In this document: piece after piece, positions 1 through 20,022 of the stretch | How positions within the stretch are numbered: the first letter of the stretch is position 1 | Layout of the letters: every line of letters starts with the position of its first letter | DNA from: the human T2T-CHM13v2.0 reference genome, Homo sapiens | Assembly (NCBI RefSeq): GCF_009914755.1 | Contig: NC_060943.1 | Direction: 5' to 3' (one strand) | Length of the DNA stretch: 64,000 nucleotides | The notes under the pieces: model-generated | What the model saw: only the letters and a program-made list of their open reading frames with translations | What the model was told of the DNA's origin: nothing | The model's database searches: none | Translations under genes and position numbers: made by a program

Positions 1-384
1 GACCCCTAGGGCACTGTGGGCAACCAGGACGCAGAGAGAGACGGGGAGGGCAAGAGCGAGCCATGGAGACCCTCCGGGAACCGTGAAGCAGCCAGGTGCA
101 GGCTGCAGGTGGACACAACAAAAAATCAAAGAGAAACATAAGCTCCCCTGGCGCAACTTGGGCGTGCCTTCATGTACCACCCGCCTACTGCATAGCGGAC
201 CTTATGCTAGTTGCCCTTTCATATAGGGAGTAAAAGTGCATTATGCTGCTAATAACCTTATCAGCCTCAGTTAAAACCGTAATTCAAACTGTACACAAAA
301 ATCAGAAGGCATTTAAGGCATTTAACCGAGATTCTCAGGAGAGCTGGAGGGGTAGGCAGGCTGCTGTCTCCCCCACCGCCTAGG

Positions 385-1465
<1,081 letters not shown>

Positions 1466-1500
1466 TCTTGACACAGAGCCTCTGACAACCCAGACTGTAG

Positions 1501-1846
<346 letters not shown>

Positions 1847-1976
1847 CTGTAATCACTGCAGTGTTTTTGTGTTATCTTTGTTTAGAAGTAACAGTGAGAA
1901 ATATTTACACACTGGTCACCATGAAATTGAAGCTAAACTTGTTCTGTGTCTTGTCAAGTTATACTTGAGTCTATAT

Positions 1977-2207
1977 CAGTGGTTCTCAATCTGGGATGAG
2001 TCTGCCCTCCTTCCCTCCCCCAGAGACATTTGGCAATGGCTGGAGACATTTCTGTGTGTCAGGTTGGGGGTGGGGCACTACTATTAAATAGCATCTAGTG
2101 GGTAGAGGCCAGGGATACTGCTAAAATCCTATAACACAGAGGACAGCTCCCTAAAAACAAACTATCTGGCCCCAAATATCAATAGGGCTGAAGTTGAGAG
2201 GCCCTGG
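1977..2207 (+). mobile_element. MER20 hAT DNA transposon
   Basis: cagtggttctcaa...gacatttggcaat...gcatctagtgggtagaggccaggga...gttgagaggccctg. Confidence 0.8.
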
Positions 2208-2490
2208 TCTATATGGTAAAAAACCTCCAAGAACTTGGCTCTAATTGTGTTTGTAGTAATGGTTACCTCCCAAAGACCTGCCAAGCCCTGTGACCTTGAG
2301 ATTGGGCATGTTTGCTACTGCAAACGACATCTCGTTGAATGTTTATTGACTTAAAGTTGTAAACCACATTAATTAGGGGAGACTGGATTTGCTCCACACC
2401 TTGTCATTACAAACCCACTTAAGAGCTCCCAGTTTTGTAATAATTATTACAACAATTATTATACTACGCCTTTGAAAATGGAGTGTATAA

Positions 2491-3011
<521 letters not shown>

Positions 3012-3938
3012 TAAGGAAAGGGCCACATCAGTGAATGAAGCTCAGTAAGCCTTCCCCAGAGCCAGTGGCCCTACCTAGCATGGTGGCACATGACAGCCTC
3101 AGAACTACTTTTGCCTTCATATGCTTTCAGTGTGCTGATTCTCTCCAACCATCATCTCTCACCTCCATCACCGCAGCTGGCTTCCCACTGACTGGTCTCC
3201 TCGGCTTTGTCCCTGTCCCTCCAACCCAGGTTCCTCGCCATGGCCTGGGTGAGCTTTTCAAAGTGAAACTCTCTTCATGTCACTTTTACTGGTTCCGCCA
3301 CAGCCTACAGGGTAAGGCCTGACCTCTTCCACCTCTCCAGCCTCCCCTGCCCTTGCTTTCTGGGTTCCAGCCACACTGGACTTCTTGGGGCAGCCCAAAT
3401 TGGCTTTTCACAGGCCAATAACCTCTCCCTAATTCTTACCCGCTTTACCTCTTCACTGTGAGCCTTCAGATTTCAAAACCGTTCCTTGACCCCACTCCCT
3501 CCACGTCATAGGGTTCTCTGTGTGTACACATAGTCCATAACATGTCCATACATGGTCAATAACATGTATAATGTTTATAATTTTGTACCTGATAACCATG
3601 CAAAGGTAGGAACTTGTGCGTAACTGTATTCTCAGCCCTAGCCTGACAATGATGATGATAATAGCATGTATAAAATGTGTAATCTATATTATATCATACG
3701 GGTTATGTAACATAACTATAATATAGATAACGTTATACTTCTACTGACTCATCTAATTGTCATAACAAGTTTATGAGCTGGGTACCATTCATAGTCCTGT
3801 TTTAGGGATGGGGTGAAACAGAAGTACAGAGTGGTTAAGAACTTTGGTATGGCCACAGTTGGGATCCGGCATATAGCAGAAACTTAGCATCTGTTTGTTG
3901 AAGGAATGGATGAAAAAGACAGAATAAAAAAGTTATCT

Positions 3939-4246
<308 letters not shown>

Positions 4247-4489
4247 TTAAGAGATGGAGATGCTTTTTAGAGAAAGAGCTGGATTCTGAAAGGTGGACCA
4301 TAAGAGATCAAGCATGTTAGAAACATTTAAAAATAAGTAAAGGACCAGAGATCTCCAGAGATTTTCACCTCCCACCCCTTTGGCAATCTGTGGAGACCAA
4401 GACGGTGGCCAAGACCCAAAAACCTTTGTGATCACTGCCTGGCCCCTCTGTCTCCCCAGCGTCTTGAACCTTTAAAGGGCCCCAGCCCC

Positions 4490-5200
4490 AAACTGCAGCA
4501 TGCGCCCTTCCGCACCTCCGTACAGGGATCCTCCCATTAAGCCACCAGGGTCTCCTCGCCGCCTTCTGGAGCATGCGCCTGAATCCCCTTTCAGGTCCCG
4601 CCTCCTCGCCTGTGCATTCGCCCCACTGCCTCGGAGAGTGCCGCTCTGCGGCCCGTACTACGCTCACCTGTCACGATGTGCGTGGCTCCCACGCGGCGCG
4701 CCCCTTCCTCCAGCGCCCGGCGCCGCAGCACTCCACAGAAGGTGCAGCAGGAGCGGCTGCGGCCGGAGCCGGCTGTGCTGCGGGCCACGGCGTCCATCGT
4801 CCAGCCCCCAAAGAGGTCTTCGTAGGCCACGACCGTGAGCGGCAGCTCCCAGCGCGCCGCCTGGCGCCGCACGGCCGCCAACGCCGCGTCCCGGTAGCCA
4901 CCGATGCCCTCATCGACGGCCACGAGCTGCAGTGAGATGCCCAGGCGCGGCGCCAGCGCGCGCAGCACGTGCGCCAGCACCGTGGAGTCCTTGCCGCCCG
5001 AGGCGCCCACGGCCACCACCGCGCCGGGCGGCAGCAGGCGGCCGGCGAGCACCGTGTGCAGCACCTCGGCCTCGAAGGCGGCGCAGAAGCAGGCACCGCA
5101 CAGCGCTTGGCCCGAGAGCGGACGGCGGAGGGCGGCGCGTGCAGCATGGCAGGAGGCGCACGGCGGGGCGGGCATTGCGGGAGGGGTCGGCTTCTCCTAG
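4490..5200. promoter_or_regulatory. Intragenic CpG island over CTU1 exon 2
   Basis: Very high GC and CpG density across the exon and the adjacent intron. Confidence 0.75.
4668..5175 (-). CDS. CTU1: CTU1 (cytoplasmic tRNA 2-thiolation protein 1), first coding exon (exon 2 = 4668-5196); the rest of the CDS lies outside the window (left)
   Basis: [12 protein letters not shown]...THIVTG has N-terminal CxxC motifs, the PP-loop SGGKDS and CTFC. Acceptor ...ctgtctag ends at 5197; donor CAG|GTGAGC at 4668/4667; 508 nt, phase 1. Confidence 0.97.
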
Positions 5201-7109
5201 ACAGGGAGAGAGAGGAGGTGGGTTACATATGGATTCCGGATTGCAGGGTCCCTGCCATCGGGGAGATTGTCTGGATTGCACCTCTGCCCGGAATAGACCA
5301 GGGAGACGTGTGCGCGAGTGGAGTAGCTTCTTCTAGCGCTGGGGATAGGATGGTTATAAATAGGTCCGGTGTAAGGAAGCCACTGCCTTAGGGAAGGCTT
5401 CTTGGATTGCACCCATTATGCAAGAAGAAGAGAAGTAGCTTAAGAAGCTGGCTTCATGGGTAAAGAGAGGGAGCGACAAGCAGGTTATACCCAGGATTAG
5501 GTTGTGTCCTCTCCAGAGGGATGGGGGTGTATATTAAGGCCCATTTGTCACAACCTCCAGGGAGGCCACCCTTGTTACAGTCCTGATCAGGACAAGGTAG
5601 GTATCATTGGCCTGGGCCACCAGGGCTGTTAAAAGCCCTTGGGAGGTGAGGGGTTTTTGACTCTAAGGGCAGAGGGAGGCCAGGGGACTGAAGCTCTGTG
5701 CAGCGGGAGGTGGAAAACAGGAAAGGCCAACTGATTGCACTTTGTAGGGTGGGATACGGTCTCCAGGAATGGGTTCTGATTGCATCCTATGAAAGGCAGG
5801 GTGATCACCTTCTCCAGGGAACACAGGCAGCCTGGATCACACCTCTCAGGAGACCAGCTGGGGTTGCACACATTTTGAGGGTGAGAAAATGGGTGGGCCT
5901 CCAAGATTGAACTCAACCCTGCTCTGGTATCAGAATGCCCCACAAGCTTCTGTGCTCTCACCAAGACATGGATCGGCCCATCTTTGACCTTCATCTGTTA
6001 TCTTTCCTACTTCATTCTTCCCCACCCAGCCTAGACTCCAACCCTCCAGTCAAATCCTGGTCCTGCCTGCCTGGTGAACCCATAAAAACTCCCCAGGCTC
6101 AGTTCTCCTCCCCAAGCCACCATCACCTCCAGCCTGGACTACTGTAGTCACCTCCTTGCCATTCAGAGCAGGTCACGCTGCTTCTAGGATTTACCACAAT
6201 GTGTGGAATTATTTTATGTGACTATATATTTACCATCTCTAACTTCTATGAGGGCAGAGACCAGTACCACTCAGATGTCTAATAGGCATCTCAAAACCCA
6301 AATTCCTGATTCTTCTAACCCAGCGTGCTTCTCCTGGAGTACAGGGCAGCTCCATCCTTCTAGCTGCTCAGGCCAGGAGCTTTGGGGTCCAGGACCCTGG
6401 ACTGCTCTTTCTCTCACTGCACTTGTCATGCTCCCAGTGGGTGGCACCAAACTGCAATGCCAAGTCCGGACCTTTTCAAACTCCAGGTACCTAAATGAAA
6501 TTTAGCAAATCCTGTTTGAATGTAGTTTCAAAACAGCCAAACACTTAGGACCGTCTCCACGGCAGCACCCTAGTCTGGTCTGTCTCTCTCCTGGACGGCT
6601 GCATGGGGCTCCCCACAGGTCTCCTGCTCCCGCCTTGCCTCCTCTACAAACACTCCTTCACATAACAGCCAGTGGGATCATGCCCTGAATCTTCTCAGCA
6701 TCCTCCCCTGGATCCCATCTCACTTTAGTATAATAACTGCTAATGGCCGATGAGGCCCTACATGTGTGGCTCCTTGTTTCTCCAACCTCCTCTCCTTCAG
6801 CCTTGATGTCGTTTACTCTGACACCTGAGGAATACTCCTGCTCCAGATGTTTGCACTGGCTCTCCCCTCTGCCCTGAGTACTCTTCCTGCCACTGAGCCC
6901 AAGAAGCAGCCCTTAGGACTCATCTGCAGTGACCGTCGGGAACATCTGTCACAGGTGAGCAGCAACTCTTGGAATCTTTCTTCCCCCGACTTTTGACTCA
7001 CTCCTTCTGTGCTCCTGGATTTCCTGCTCAATTCTCTTTTGGGGACGCCTCTTCATGTCCTCAGGTCCTGCCTAGCACCCATCTCTTTCCATTTTTTAAA
7101 GATTTTTAA

Positions 7110-7455
<346 letters not shown>

Positions 7456-7871
7456 TGATATTCAGATGTCCCTCCTGGCTGGTCCTCCACATGGCTGGGG
7501 CACCTTAAAGATGTTCAGACCCTAAGCGCCCAGACAACCTATTTCTTCCTCGAAAGGCAGAAACCTGTTCTTGCCCATCTGTTCCCTCTCTTCTGAGAGC
7601 AGCCACCACCTTTCATCCAGCCCATCTGCAGGACAGGACGTAACGTCACCCTGGACTCATCTCTCCTCACCCCCTAAATCTACAGTCACCCAGTCCTGGG
7701 GGGTCCACGTCCTGAGGAAGGGAGACGCTCGCAGGGGACAAGGCTGCACAAGTTAGCAGAGCCTCATAGGCCATGATGTGGAATTTTAGGTTTATTCAGG
7801 AGGAGATGGGAGCCTTGGGAGGTTTTTGAACAGTAAAGTGGTATGATCTGGCATGTTTTAAAAGGATTCCT

Positions 7872-8080
7872 AGACTGGTCAACATAGCGAGACCCCATCT
7901 CTAAAAAAATAAATAAATAAATTAGCTGCACCTGGTGGCACAGGCCTGTAGTACCAGCTACTCAGGAAGCCAAGGCAGGAGGATCACTTGAGCCCAGGAG
8001 GTCAAGGCTGCAGTGAGCCATGATCGCACCAGTGCACTCCAGCGTGGGTGATAGAGTGAGACCTTGTCTCAAATAAAAAA
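7872..8080 (+). mobile_element. Alu (J-type, partial) within L2-like sequence
   Basis: ggatcacttgagcccaggaggtcaaggctgcagtgagc. Confidence 0.8.
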
Positions 8081-8779
8081 AGTGGGATTCGTTTGGCTGC
8101 TGTGTGGGGAGGACTGTTGGTTGTCAGGGACAAGGACAGAAGGCTGGAGGTCAGCACACTAGACAGGAGTGCTGGCAGTAGAGGTGGGAAGAAGTGAAAT
8201 TTTGGATCTATTTTGAAGGTGGAGCCCACAGGACTTGTATAAGACTGATTGGAGTGGGGACTGGGGCAACGACGAGAGAAAGTGATGAAGGGTAACTTTG
8301 AGGTTCTGGCCTGAGCATTGGAGGGACGGTGGGGCCATTTTGTGAGGTGAGAAGACCAGGAATTCCATTTGGCCACGTCAGGTTTGACATGCATGTTAAG
8401 CGTCTTCCCTCAAAGACTTTATGGACCCTCGTCACTGAGTCGAGCGCCTCCACCAGGGCCCTCAGAGCTGCCCTGATCCTGACTAGCTGTCACTGGTGAC
8501 AGGTCTGTCTCTCTGCTTCAAGGCAGGGACAGGGTTGGTCTGGTGCCCTCGCTCCCGCCGCCCTGCGCAGAGTCGGTGCTCAGTAAGTATCTGTAGGATG
8601 AGGGAATAATAAGTGCTCCCAGAAGAGAGGCCGCGGACCCCAGGGATGCCTCTGGATTGCAGCCTTGTCAAAAGGACAGATAATGTGTGGCATGGGGGCG
8701 GGGACAGGCAGATAGTAACATAGGGGCGGGGGCAAGCAGATGGTCTTATCCTGTCTTGGGGAAGGGAGTGGCCCGGTAA

Positions 8780-9560
8780 GAGACAGGCCGGACCGCAGCG
8801 TTCAAAGTGGGAATCCTGGCTACAAGGCCTCAGGGACACGGGCGCTGGGAAATCACAGAGGCCTTACGCTCGAAGAGACCCTCAACCCTCCCACGGCACC
8901 GCAACAAAGAGCCGGAGTCCACATGCCGACCCACCGCAGGAGGAAATACTCACCCGGGCAGAACTCAGTGCTGGGATGCCCACACTGCCCACCACGCGGA
9001 AGCCTGGCCCGGAAGTGACTCCGAGACTACCACTCCCATAAGGTCTTGGGGCTTTCTTGCCTAGAACTCCCAGAAGCCCATGCGACACTTCCGCTGGATG
9101 CGCCTACGGCTCCGGGGTCCCGCTTGGCCTACAACTCCCAGAAACACTTGCATTGCTCTTTCTGCCGCTCCCAAAATACACTGCTCCCCCTCCCCCCGCG
9201 TTTACTTTCTGCGCCTGCGCGCGGCCGCAGGGAGCGGCGGAGCTGCGTGTACTGTTGTCATGGCAGCGCGCTGTCACCCGGCAGGTTGCTGGATGGGCGA
9301 AGTAGTTGTATTCTGATTAACTGATTTTGTGGGATTATTATAGGATTTTAAGGGGATTACAGGGCCTATGATTTCTGCCCTTTGAGGCGGGGTTGCGGGT
9401 GGGAATTGAAGGTGGAACTGCAGGGGTTGGTCGCTAGTGTAAAAGGCGCAGATAGCGCATGCGTAGAGCAGACTTCGAGGATTGGAGTGGAACTCCGCGC
9501 GCACGCGGGGGCTGTCGTGATGCGCGTGCTGGAGACCCAGACTCTAAACAGAAGGATCCA
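8780..9560. promoter_or_regulatory. CpG-island promoter of CTU1 with ETS/GABP, ZNF143(SBS)-like and NRF1-like motifs
   Basis: CCGGAAGTG 9009-9017; CACTTCCG 9086-9093; ACTAC/CTACAnnTCCCA-type motifs at about 9026, 9061 and 9129 plus an inverted one at about 9400; GCGCATGCGT 9455-9464; high CpG density. Confidence 0.8.
8954..9020 (-). other. CTU1: CTU1 non-coding exon 1 (5' end approximate)
   Basis: Strong minus-strand donor CGG|GTGAGT at 8954/8953 at the edge of the CpG island, next to an ETS site. The TSS cannot be fixed from sequence. Confidence 0.75.
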
Positions 9561-9872
9561 AAGACCCTTCTCACCTAACCCAGGAGCCCAGAGGCTCAGA
9601 GACTCAGACCCTTGAGACTAAGGGGGTTAAAAACGCAGACCCCTGGCACCAAAGCACCTGAGAGAACCAGTAGACCTGGAGACAACCGTCTGCACCCTAG
9701 ACACAGGGATCTGGAGGCCTCCACCCTCCCCACAAGGCCCAAGGGTCTTGAAGACCCCGGTGACTCAAATACCGGGGCACAAGGAGTTTAAGGACTCAGA
9801 TATCTGAGACCCTTGAGATCCAGGTCCCCAAACCTAGGTCCTCGAAAAAACTGAGGCTCAAAATTCCTCTAG

Positions 9873-10364
<492 letters not shown>

Positions 10365-10785
10365 TTATCATGGGCCAGTTCTGTTCATCTGTGTGCGTTG
10401 GTTCATTTGTTGAATTTATTTCCTGAGGTCTCCTTGTGCCAGGCTGCCCCTGGGCTAGGTTTAGGTGACACAAATGAATCAGACTTGGTTACTGTCCTCT
10501 GAGCATCCCCCACCCCTTACACCACCACCCTGTCCTCCTGGTGGGGGAGACAGGGACTTAGTCAATATGGAGTGATAAAGCTTGACATGGAAGTGTTAAG
10601 AGCCTTGAAAGCTCAATTTCAATCACTGCCAGCCAGGGTGTCAGAAAAAAAAAAAATTCAACAAAGGCTGCTATGTGCCATGCATCATCTCAGTTTGTTC
10701 ATCTGTGAAAGGGGGGCAATAATAGCCTGCCTCATAGGATTTATGCGAAGTCAAATTGAATTAACAACACCTCTAAAGAATTTAG

Positions 10786-11186
<401 letters not shown>

Positions 11187-11256
11187 TTGTAATTCTACTT
11201 AGGTGAGGATCTTGAAGCTCAGTGATGTCACTTCCCTGGACTGCCTGACTCTACAG

Positions 11257-11590
11257 CAGGGGTTGCAAACCTTTCCTGTAAAGGGCCAGGTAGCCAATAT
11301 TTTAGGCTTTGTGGGCCACAGGGTCTTTGTGGCAACTCTGCTGTTGTATGTTGAAAGCAGCCATTGATATAAGATAAGCAAGTGAGGGTGGCTGTATACC
11401 AATAAAACTTTATTGATGGACACTGACATTTGAATTTCATGTAATTTGCATGTGTCAGGAAATATTCTTCTTTTGAAGAATTTTGAAGATTTTACACCAT
11501 TTAAAGATGTAAAATCATTTGTAGCTTGTGGGCCATGTAAAAACAGGCAGCAGGCCCGATTTGGCTGGTGGTCTCTGGTTTGTAGCTCCT
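11257..11590 (+). mobile_element. MER58-family DNA transposon
   Basis: caggggttgcaaac...gtaaagggccag...ggctttgtgggcca...ccaataaaactttatt. Confidence 0.75.
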
Positions 11591-12495
11591 TGCTCAAAGC
11601 CTGTCTCCTTAGTCTCCAAGCTGTGCTTGCTCCTGGAAGAGGTGTGAAGTGTGGCAAAGGAGGTTGAGAATTTGAGGGTCGAAATGGCCTTTTAATACAG
11701 AAGAAATCGCCTGAGCAAAGAAAGATCTTGTGGCAAGAAAGCACAGGGTGCCTTTTGTTTGAATGCAATTTATGTTATCTAATCAGGTTATGCACTTAAA
11801 TGCTATAAAATGGAAACAGTGCATAGACTCTACAGTGAAGTCTCCCTGTCGTCTCCCCCCACCCACCCACTGTCTAGTTCTCCTCCTCAGAGGCAGCCTC
11901 TGTCCTGCAACAATGTGGGAGTGCATGCTGAATCGGGGTGTATAGAGTTTCCCCATTCTCCTCTGTGGGACCAGGATAAGAGTGGGATATTTGGGGCTCC
12001 AGAGATAGATGGGAAAAGAGGTGAGGTCAGCCATGAGAAGCCCTCTCACTCCCAGCCCTCTGCTGTCTGGTTTCTTTCCTGTCTCCCCTAACACAGTCTC
12101 CCGATCAACACCAGTGGCCTCTTTATTGACAAATAAAGGTCTAACCTGGGCTCTACCTACTTCTGAGTCTCTTTGCCCTGACCACAAAATCTACCCTCCC
12201 TGGTCCTCTTTCTGGCCAAACCATGTCAATCAACTTGCCAGGAGCCTTGTACTCCACAGCGCTGTCATTTCTCTGCAAACTCCCCAGGTGAGCTCATCCA
12301 CTCCTGCCACTCCCGCAACTTCCGTCTCTGCCCTGATGCCTCCCCACTTTCCTGCATATCTCCACTGCATCCCGAGACTCGGACCTGCACAGTTAGCCCC
12401 TGGTGGTGGCACTGGCATGCTTCAGCCTCTAGGTGAGGATCCTGAATCACTTCGCTGACTCTTTTTCTCACCCACTGCTCCCCATTGTTCAGTGA

Positions 12496-12893
<398 letters not shown>

Positions 12894-15283
12894 GTTTCTT
12901 GCCTGGACTCTCTCACCCCAACCTCTAATCCCTTCATTCCTGAATCCTCCCACACTAGCCCCAGATTTAACCTTGTCTCTCCCCTTCTCGAAACTCTTCC
13001 ATGGCTCCCCATTGCCATCAGGCTTTCCATTGTCAAACCTCTGCAGACTGCAACGGAGGTGCTGCATGATCTGGTCCCTGCACACCCTTCCAGCCTCAGA
13101 ATGCCTTGCCATCTCCAGGTCATCTAGCTGCCATCCTAAGCAATCCGCGTCTGGTGGAAGATATGGTGGCTGGGCTCAGCTGTCTCTCTCCAGCTCTGGG
13201 AGCTTTGGTTCCTGCAGCATCAATGTGCATCTCTGAGGGCCATTTCCTATATCTGGTGCTTGTTACTGGCAGCACTTGCTTCCCCACCCCTCGAAGGGCT
13301 AGAAGCTTCCCTGGGTAGAATTTCTGCATGAAGAGAGTTCGTTCACCCGTGGAGCCTACTGAGGAACGGGATTTTTGTCTGTGGTTGGTTGGTTTGTCTG
13401 TTTTCATTGTAGTGTATCAAACAGTCCTTATTTTGCCCTAAGTCCAGCTCTGTCCCACTGCCTTCTTGTTAGTTTTTGCATCTCCTTACTAAATGGTAGG
13501 TCTGCCTGGGTTCCCACAGCAGTGCTAATAAACTTTGTTGGCCAGAGGAGGCACCAGGAAAGACTCTCTGTTGGCAACACTCTCTGAAGGGCCCTCTGTT
13601 TCTCTTTGGCCTTGTCTCTCGTTCTCCTCATCCCAGGAGCCTTTTATGTGAGTTTCCACAGCTCCTCCTCGCACCCTCTCTTCTCTCTGCACTTCTCGTG
13701 GCTCCCCCCGATGTCTTGCACACCATGCTGTTCATCCCAATCTGCTCTGAGCCCCAGACAACCACATTTCCCCCCTTCTCAGTGATGGAACCATCATCAT
13801 TATCCAAATTAGGATTCTAGGAGTCAGATAGATATTTCTCTATCACCTACCATATCCTGTTTGCAAGATGTCTTGCAAACTTCCCTTCCTGGAATAGGCT
13901 CACTTCACTCCCCCTTCAACATCCCCATGGCCTCTGCTCCTAGTCATTTCATCCTCTTCCTCTTCTGCTCAGACCTCCACTCTGTTTTCCTCTCCAACTT
14001 CTTGGCCTCCACTCTCCTCCTCTCCCTAAAGTCTCCCTCACATCACCCCAGAGGGATACCTTCTCCCACCAAGAGCTGACTCTGCCCCTCCCCCTTGCTC
14101 TTAATCCTTCCATGGCTCCCCAGTGCCCTCAATATAAAGTCAAGACTTTTTTTGATATGTAAGCCTGCAAGATACGGCTTGCAACTATTCTTCCAGAGTC
14201 ATCATGCCTTGATACCTACCTCTGGGGTCATTTAGCTGACTACCTGCCCCACATTTGGACGTCTCTGAACATTTGTCACCTGGTAGCCCAATCCTTAAGA
14301 GGGGAGAAACAGGCCTGCCAGTCTTGCCCTTCCCCTTTATCTGTTTGTGCTCAGCTCTGGGGCCCTGGAAAATGCTCCTCACTCCTCATTCCCAGGGCAA
14401 GTCTCCATCTAACATGTAGTAATAGGTGAAGACATTTTTGTCTATTTTGTTCAACAAGAATCATACCTGACATATAATAAACTCTCAATATATGTATTCA
14501 AAAATTAAAAAATAAAGCTGTTACTTGTGAAATCTCTGCCTGTAGCCCAGGTCTTTGTTCTGACCCCAGCACCCTCCTAATGGCCCCGTTGTCTGTGAAG
14601 GCATTTTCAATGCTCTCCACTGTGCTAGATGGTGAGCCCATAGGGACAGAAATTGGGTTTGTTCTGACTCCTAGAGTGACTTGGTAAATATTGTTGATAT
14701 AGGATAAGGCTCAGAGAAACCTCTGTCTCAGTTTGATAGGACCCCGAGAAACAAAACTGGCAAGTTGGAGAATCTAGCTCCTTTACAGCCAGCAGCAAGT
14801 GAGGCTACTCTTTGTCCTGGAGGGAGACATTACCCCATCCCTCAGGGTGGCTCCCTGCAAACACAACCTGAGAACTAGGCCAGGTAACGAGATCTCAGAC
14901 CATCATGTTTTGGGCAATACCCAACGAGATGTGTAGGAGGACGGGAGGCTCATGGAGATCTGTCCTTCCCAACAGGCTGCCCTACTCTTCTTAGATGATG
15001 TGGGAAACTGCAAAATCCTCTCATCAAATTCTCTTTTACCAGCATACACAAAGATTCCATCACTTGTGATCGACGTCTTAGTCAGTAAGTCTGGACCATT
15101 TTGACTGGTTTCCAGTCAGAAAACCAGGAGGATGTGGTGAACAGAGAAACCCCAGTACTCACATTTCACTATTCTTTGCTTTCTCTCTTCATGCTTTGTT
15201 TGAAGAAGTTGCAAAATGAGATGACTGGAAGAAAGGGACATGATAGCTAAATAAAGCTTCCTTTTCTTGGTCAGGCACTATAA

Positions 15284-15616
<333 letters not shown>

Positions 15617-16264
15617 TTACTATTGTAAGTATTAGTTCTAAAAACTGGCGGCCCCTCCTCTGAGTCCCTGTCACTCCAGTTCTCAATCTCTCTCCATATG
15701 GCTCAATGCTCTCCTGGAATCATTGTCCCTTCAGGTCCCCATTAGGATCTTCAGTCTTAGGCCCATTTTTTCCCCCTATAGTTTTTCCTATAGTCTCATT
15801 ATCCTTAAGTGAACAGGAACAACAGGACATCCAGCAGAGTCCCTGAGGATGAACTGGGAAGCAGAGAGGAAGAACATAAGAGAAGCTCGGCCTACTGATG
15901 ACAGAATCTGTTGCTCCCCAAATCCTTTTCTCTTGGGCAAGCCAGACCTTCCCACCAGCCCATGTTATATGGCTGCCCTTTTGGCTCGAGGCTTAGGTTT
16001 CATGCTCGTGGGGTCAGACCCCTCTGCAGAGCCGGGTAATACCTGAACTCAGGAGCTGATGGTGCTGCAGTTCCACGGACGGACAGCACCATCCCTGCTG
16101 CCCGGGGCTTACCAGGTCCACCCTGTCTTGGGGGGACAGCTATGACTTTGTGTGTGGCCCCTCCTTTATCTGCATCCCAGAAAAATTCTTTCAAGATAAG
16201 GTTGGAGGGAGGAGAGAGTTCACTATATCACAGCACATAAAGGATCGGGGCAGATACACATTTC

Positions 16265-17310
<1,046 letters not shown>

Positions 17311-18337
17311 CTCAAACACTTGTTCTTGTGGATCGACTGTGTCTCTAGTTAATAGATTACAAGTGACTTTATGCAAATTTGTTAGTATAGGGAAAGAAAT
17401 GCAGGCTTTAGAATAAGAGAAACATGGATTCTATACTGATTCCTCCACTTACTAAGAGGTTGAAAATGGGCAAGTCACTTTACCTCTCTGTGCCGCAGTT
17501 TCCTGCTTGTAACGTGAGAAATAACAAGCCCCAGCCCACAAGGATGGCGTGGCACATGCCAATCACCATACCCAGGTCCTGGCACAAGGGGCGGGTTCTG
17601 TGTGTGCTGGTTTCTTACCCCTTGAATAGTAAGGTCCTGGGATCAACTTGTCCTGATGCTAGGACTGCAAGTTCCCCAGTGCATTAAATGAATGCCCGAC
17701 ATTTAAATAAAAGGAGATGAAACTTCATCAGCAATGTCAAAACCAGCAAATGAATAAAACATCGCACCACACACTTCAAAAGGGGATCAAGTAGGAAGGA
17801 CACTGAAAGATGTGGGGTGGCACTAACAACTTTCTCCCCCTGAATGGTGGGGAGGAGTCCCCAGAAGCAGCTATGGAAGAAAATTTGGGCTGAATTAACC
17901 CTGAGAATTTTCCAAGATGCCCCCGCCCCCATATGCACATGTGCCCACTCATACGAGTAGACAAAGCTGGCTAAAATAAACAAAAAGAATTCCAGAGAAG
18001 AAGCCTTACATACTACTGGGGCCATATCAGAGGATAACCAGAAGTTAACATCTTTTAACACCCTGTTTTGAGTTGAGGTTATTGAGAAATTCCACTCTAA
18101 ACAATACCCAACATAAGTGCATATACATACCAGAAGACATGTTCATAGCAGACTCCTCATAATAGCCCCAAACTAAAAATAATCTCAAAGTCCATCTAAA
18201 AATGAAGAGTTATGTAGTGTTCAGTATATGCACAGAATGGAGATCTTTCAGCAGTGAGAATGAATGAATTATTGACAGGTGAAACATCATGGACAAATTT
18301 AACAAACAGAGATTGAGCACAAGAAGCCAGATACAAT

Positions 18338-19059
<722 letters not shown>

Positions 19060-19200
19060 CTAGGAATGGGAACTGGTGAGGCTCCTGGGTGTAGGTTGTT
19101 GTTACAAAAATGTATTCATTTCATAGACATTGATCAGGCATACCTTTATAATTGGAACAGCTTTCTCCATGTATGCTTTGCTTCAAAATCTTTTATTTTA

Positions 19201-19500
<300 letters not shown>

Positions 19501-19630
19501 AGACTATAAGAGAATACTTCACATATATATTTGCTAATTAATTTTAAAATTTACATAATATAAAAAGATTATTGCAAAAATATAAATAACTGGGACTGTC
19601 TCAAGAAAAAAAAAACCCAAATAGTTCTAT

Positions 19631-20022
19631 TGTCTTAGTCCGTTTTGTGTTGCAGGTTAAAGGAATACCTGAGGCTGGGTCATTTATAAAGAAAAAAGGT
19701 TTATTTGGCCCGTGATTCCGATGTCTGGAAAGGTTTGAGATTGGGCATCTGGTAAAGTCCTCAGGCTGCTTCCAATCCTAGTGGGGGATGATGGAAGAGG
19801 GGGCTGATGTGTGCAGAGATAACATGATAGGAGAGGAAGCAAGAGAGAGGGAGGGAGGTGCCTGACTCAGAGCTTGAGCACCGACTCACTGGCAGGCAGG
19901 GGCACTCATCTATTCCTGAGGAATCCAGCACCATGACCCAAGCACCTCCCATGAGGCCCCACCTCCAACACTGGGATCAACTCTCAACAGGTTTGAGGGC
20001 ACAAACCTCCAGACTACAGCAC
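19631..20022. mobile_element. MST-type MaLR LTR
   Basis: tgtcttagtccgttttgtgttgc...aaggaatacctgaggctgggtcatttataaagaaaaaaggtttatttggc. Confidence 0.8.

Noticed and set aside
4365-5391. Multiple overlapping Arg/Pro/Ala-rich ORFs around CTU1 exon 2
   Set aside because: Artefact of stop-codon scarcity in a CpG island.
9530-9870. Recurrent gagaccc/gactcaga words suggesting a repeat array
   Set aside because: No consistent period or unit; looks like low-complexity composition. No CRISPR-like, tRNA or rRNA features were seen in the window.
16000-16260. Possible V-set remnant upstream of the decayed Siglec fragment
   Set aside because: Only a short match (caggagctgatggtgctgcag); cannot be distinguished from chance by eye.
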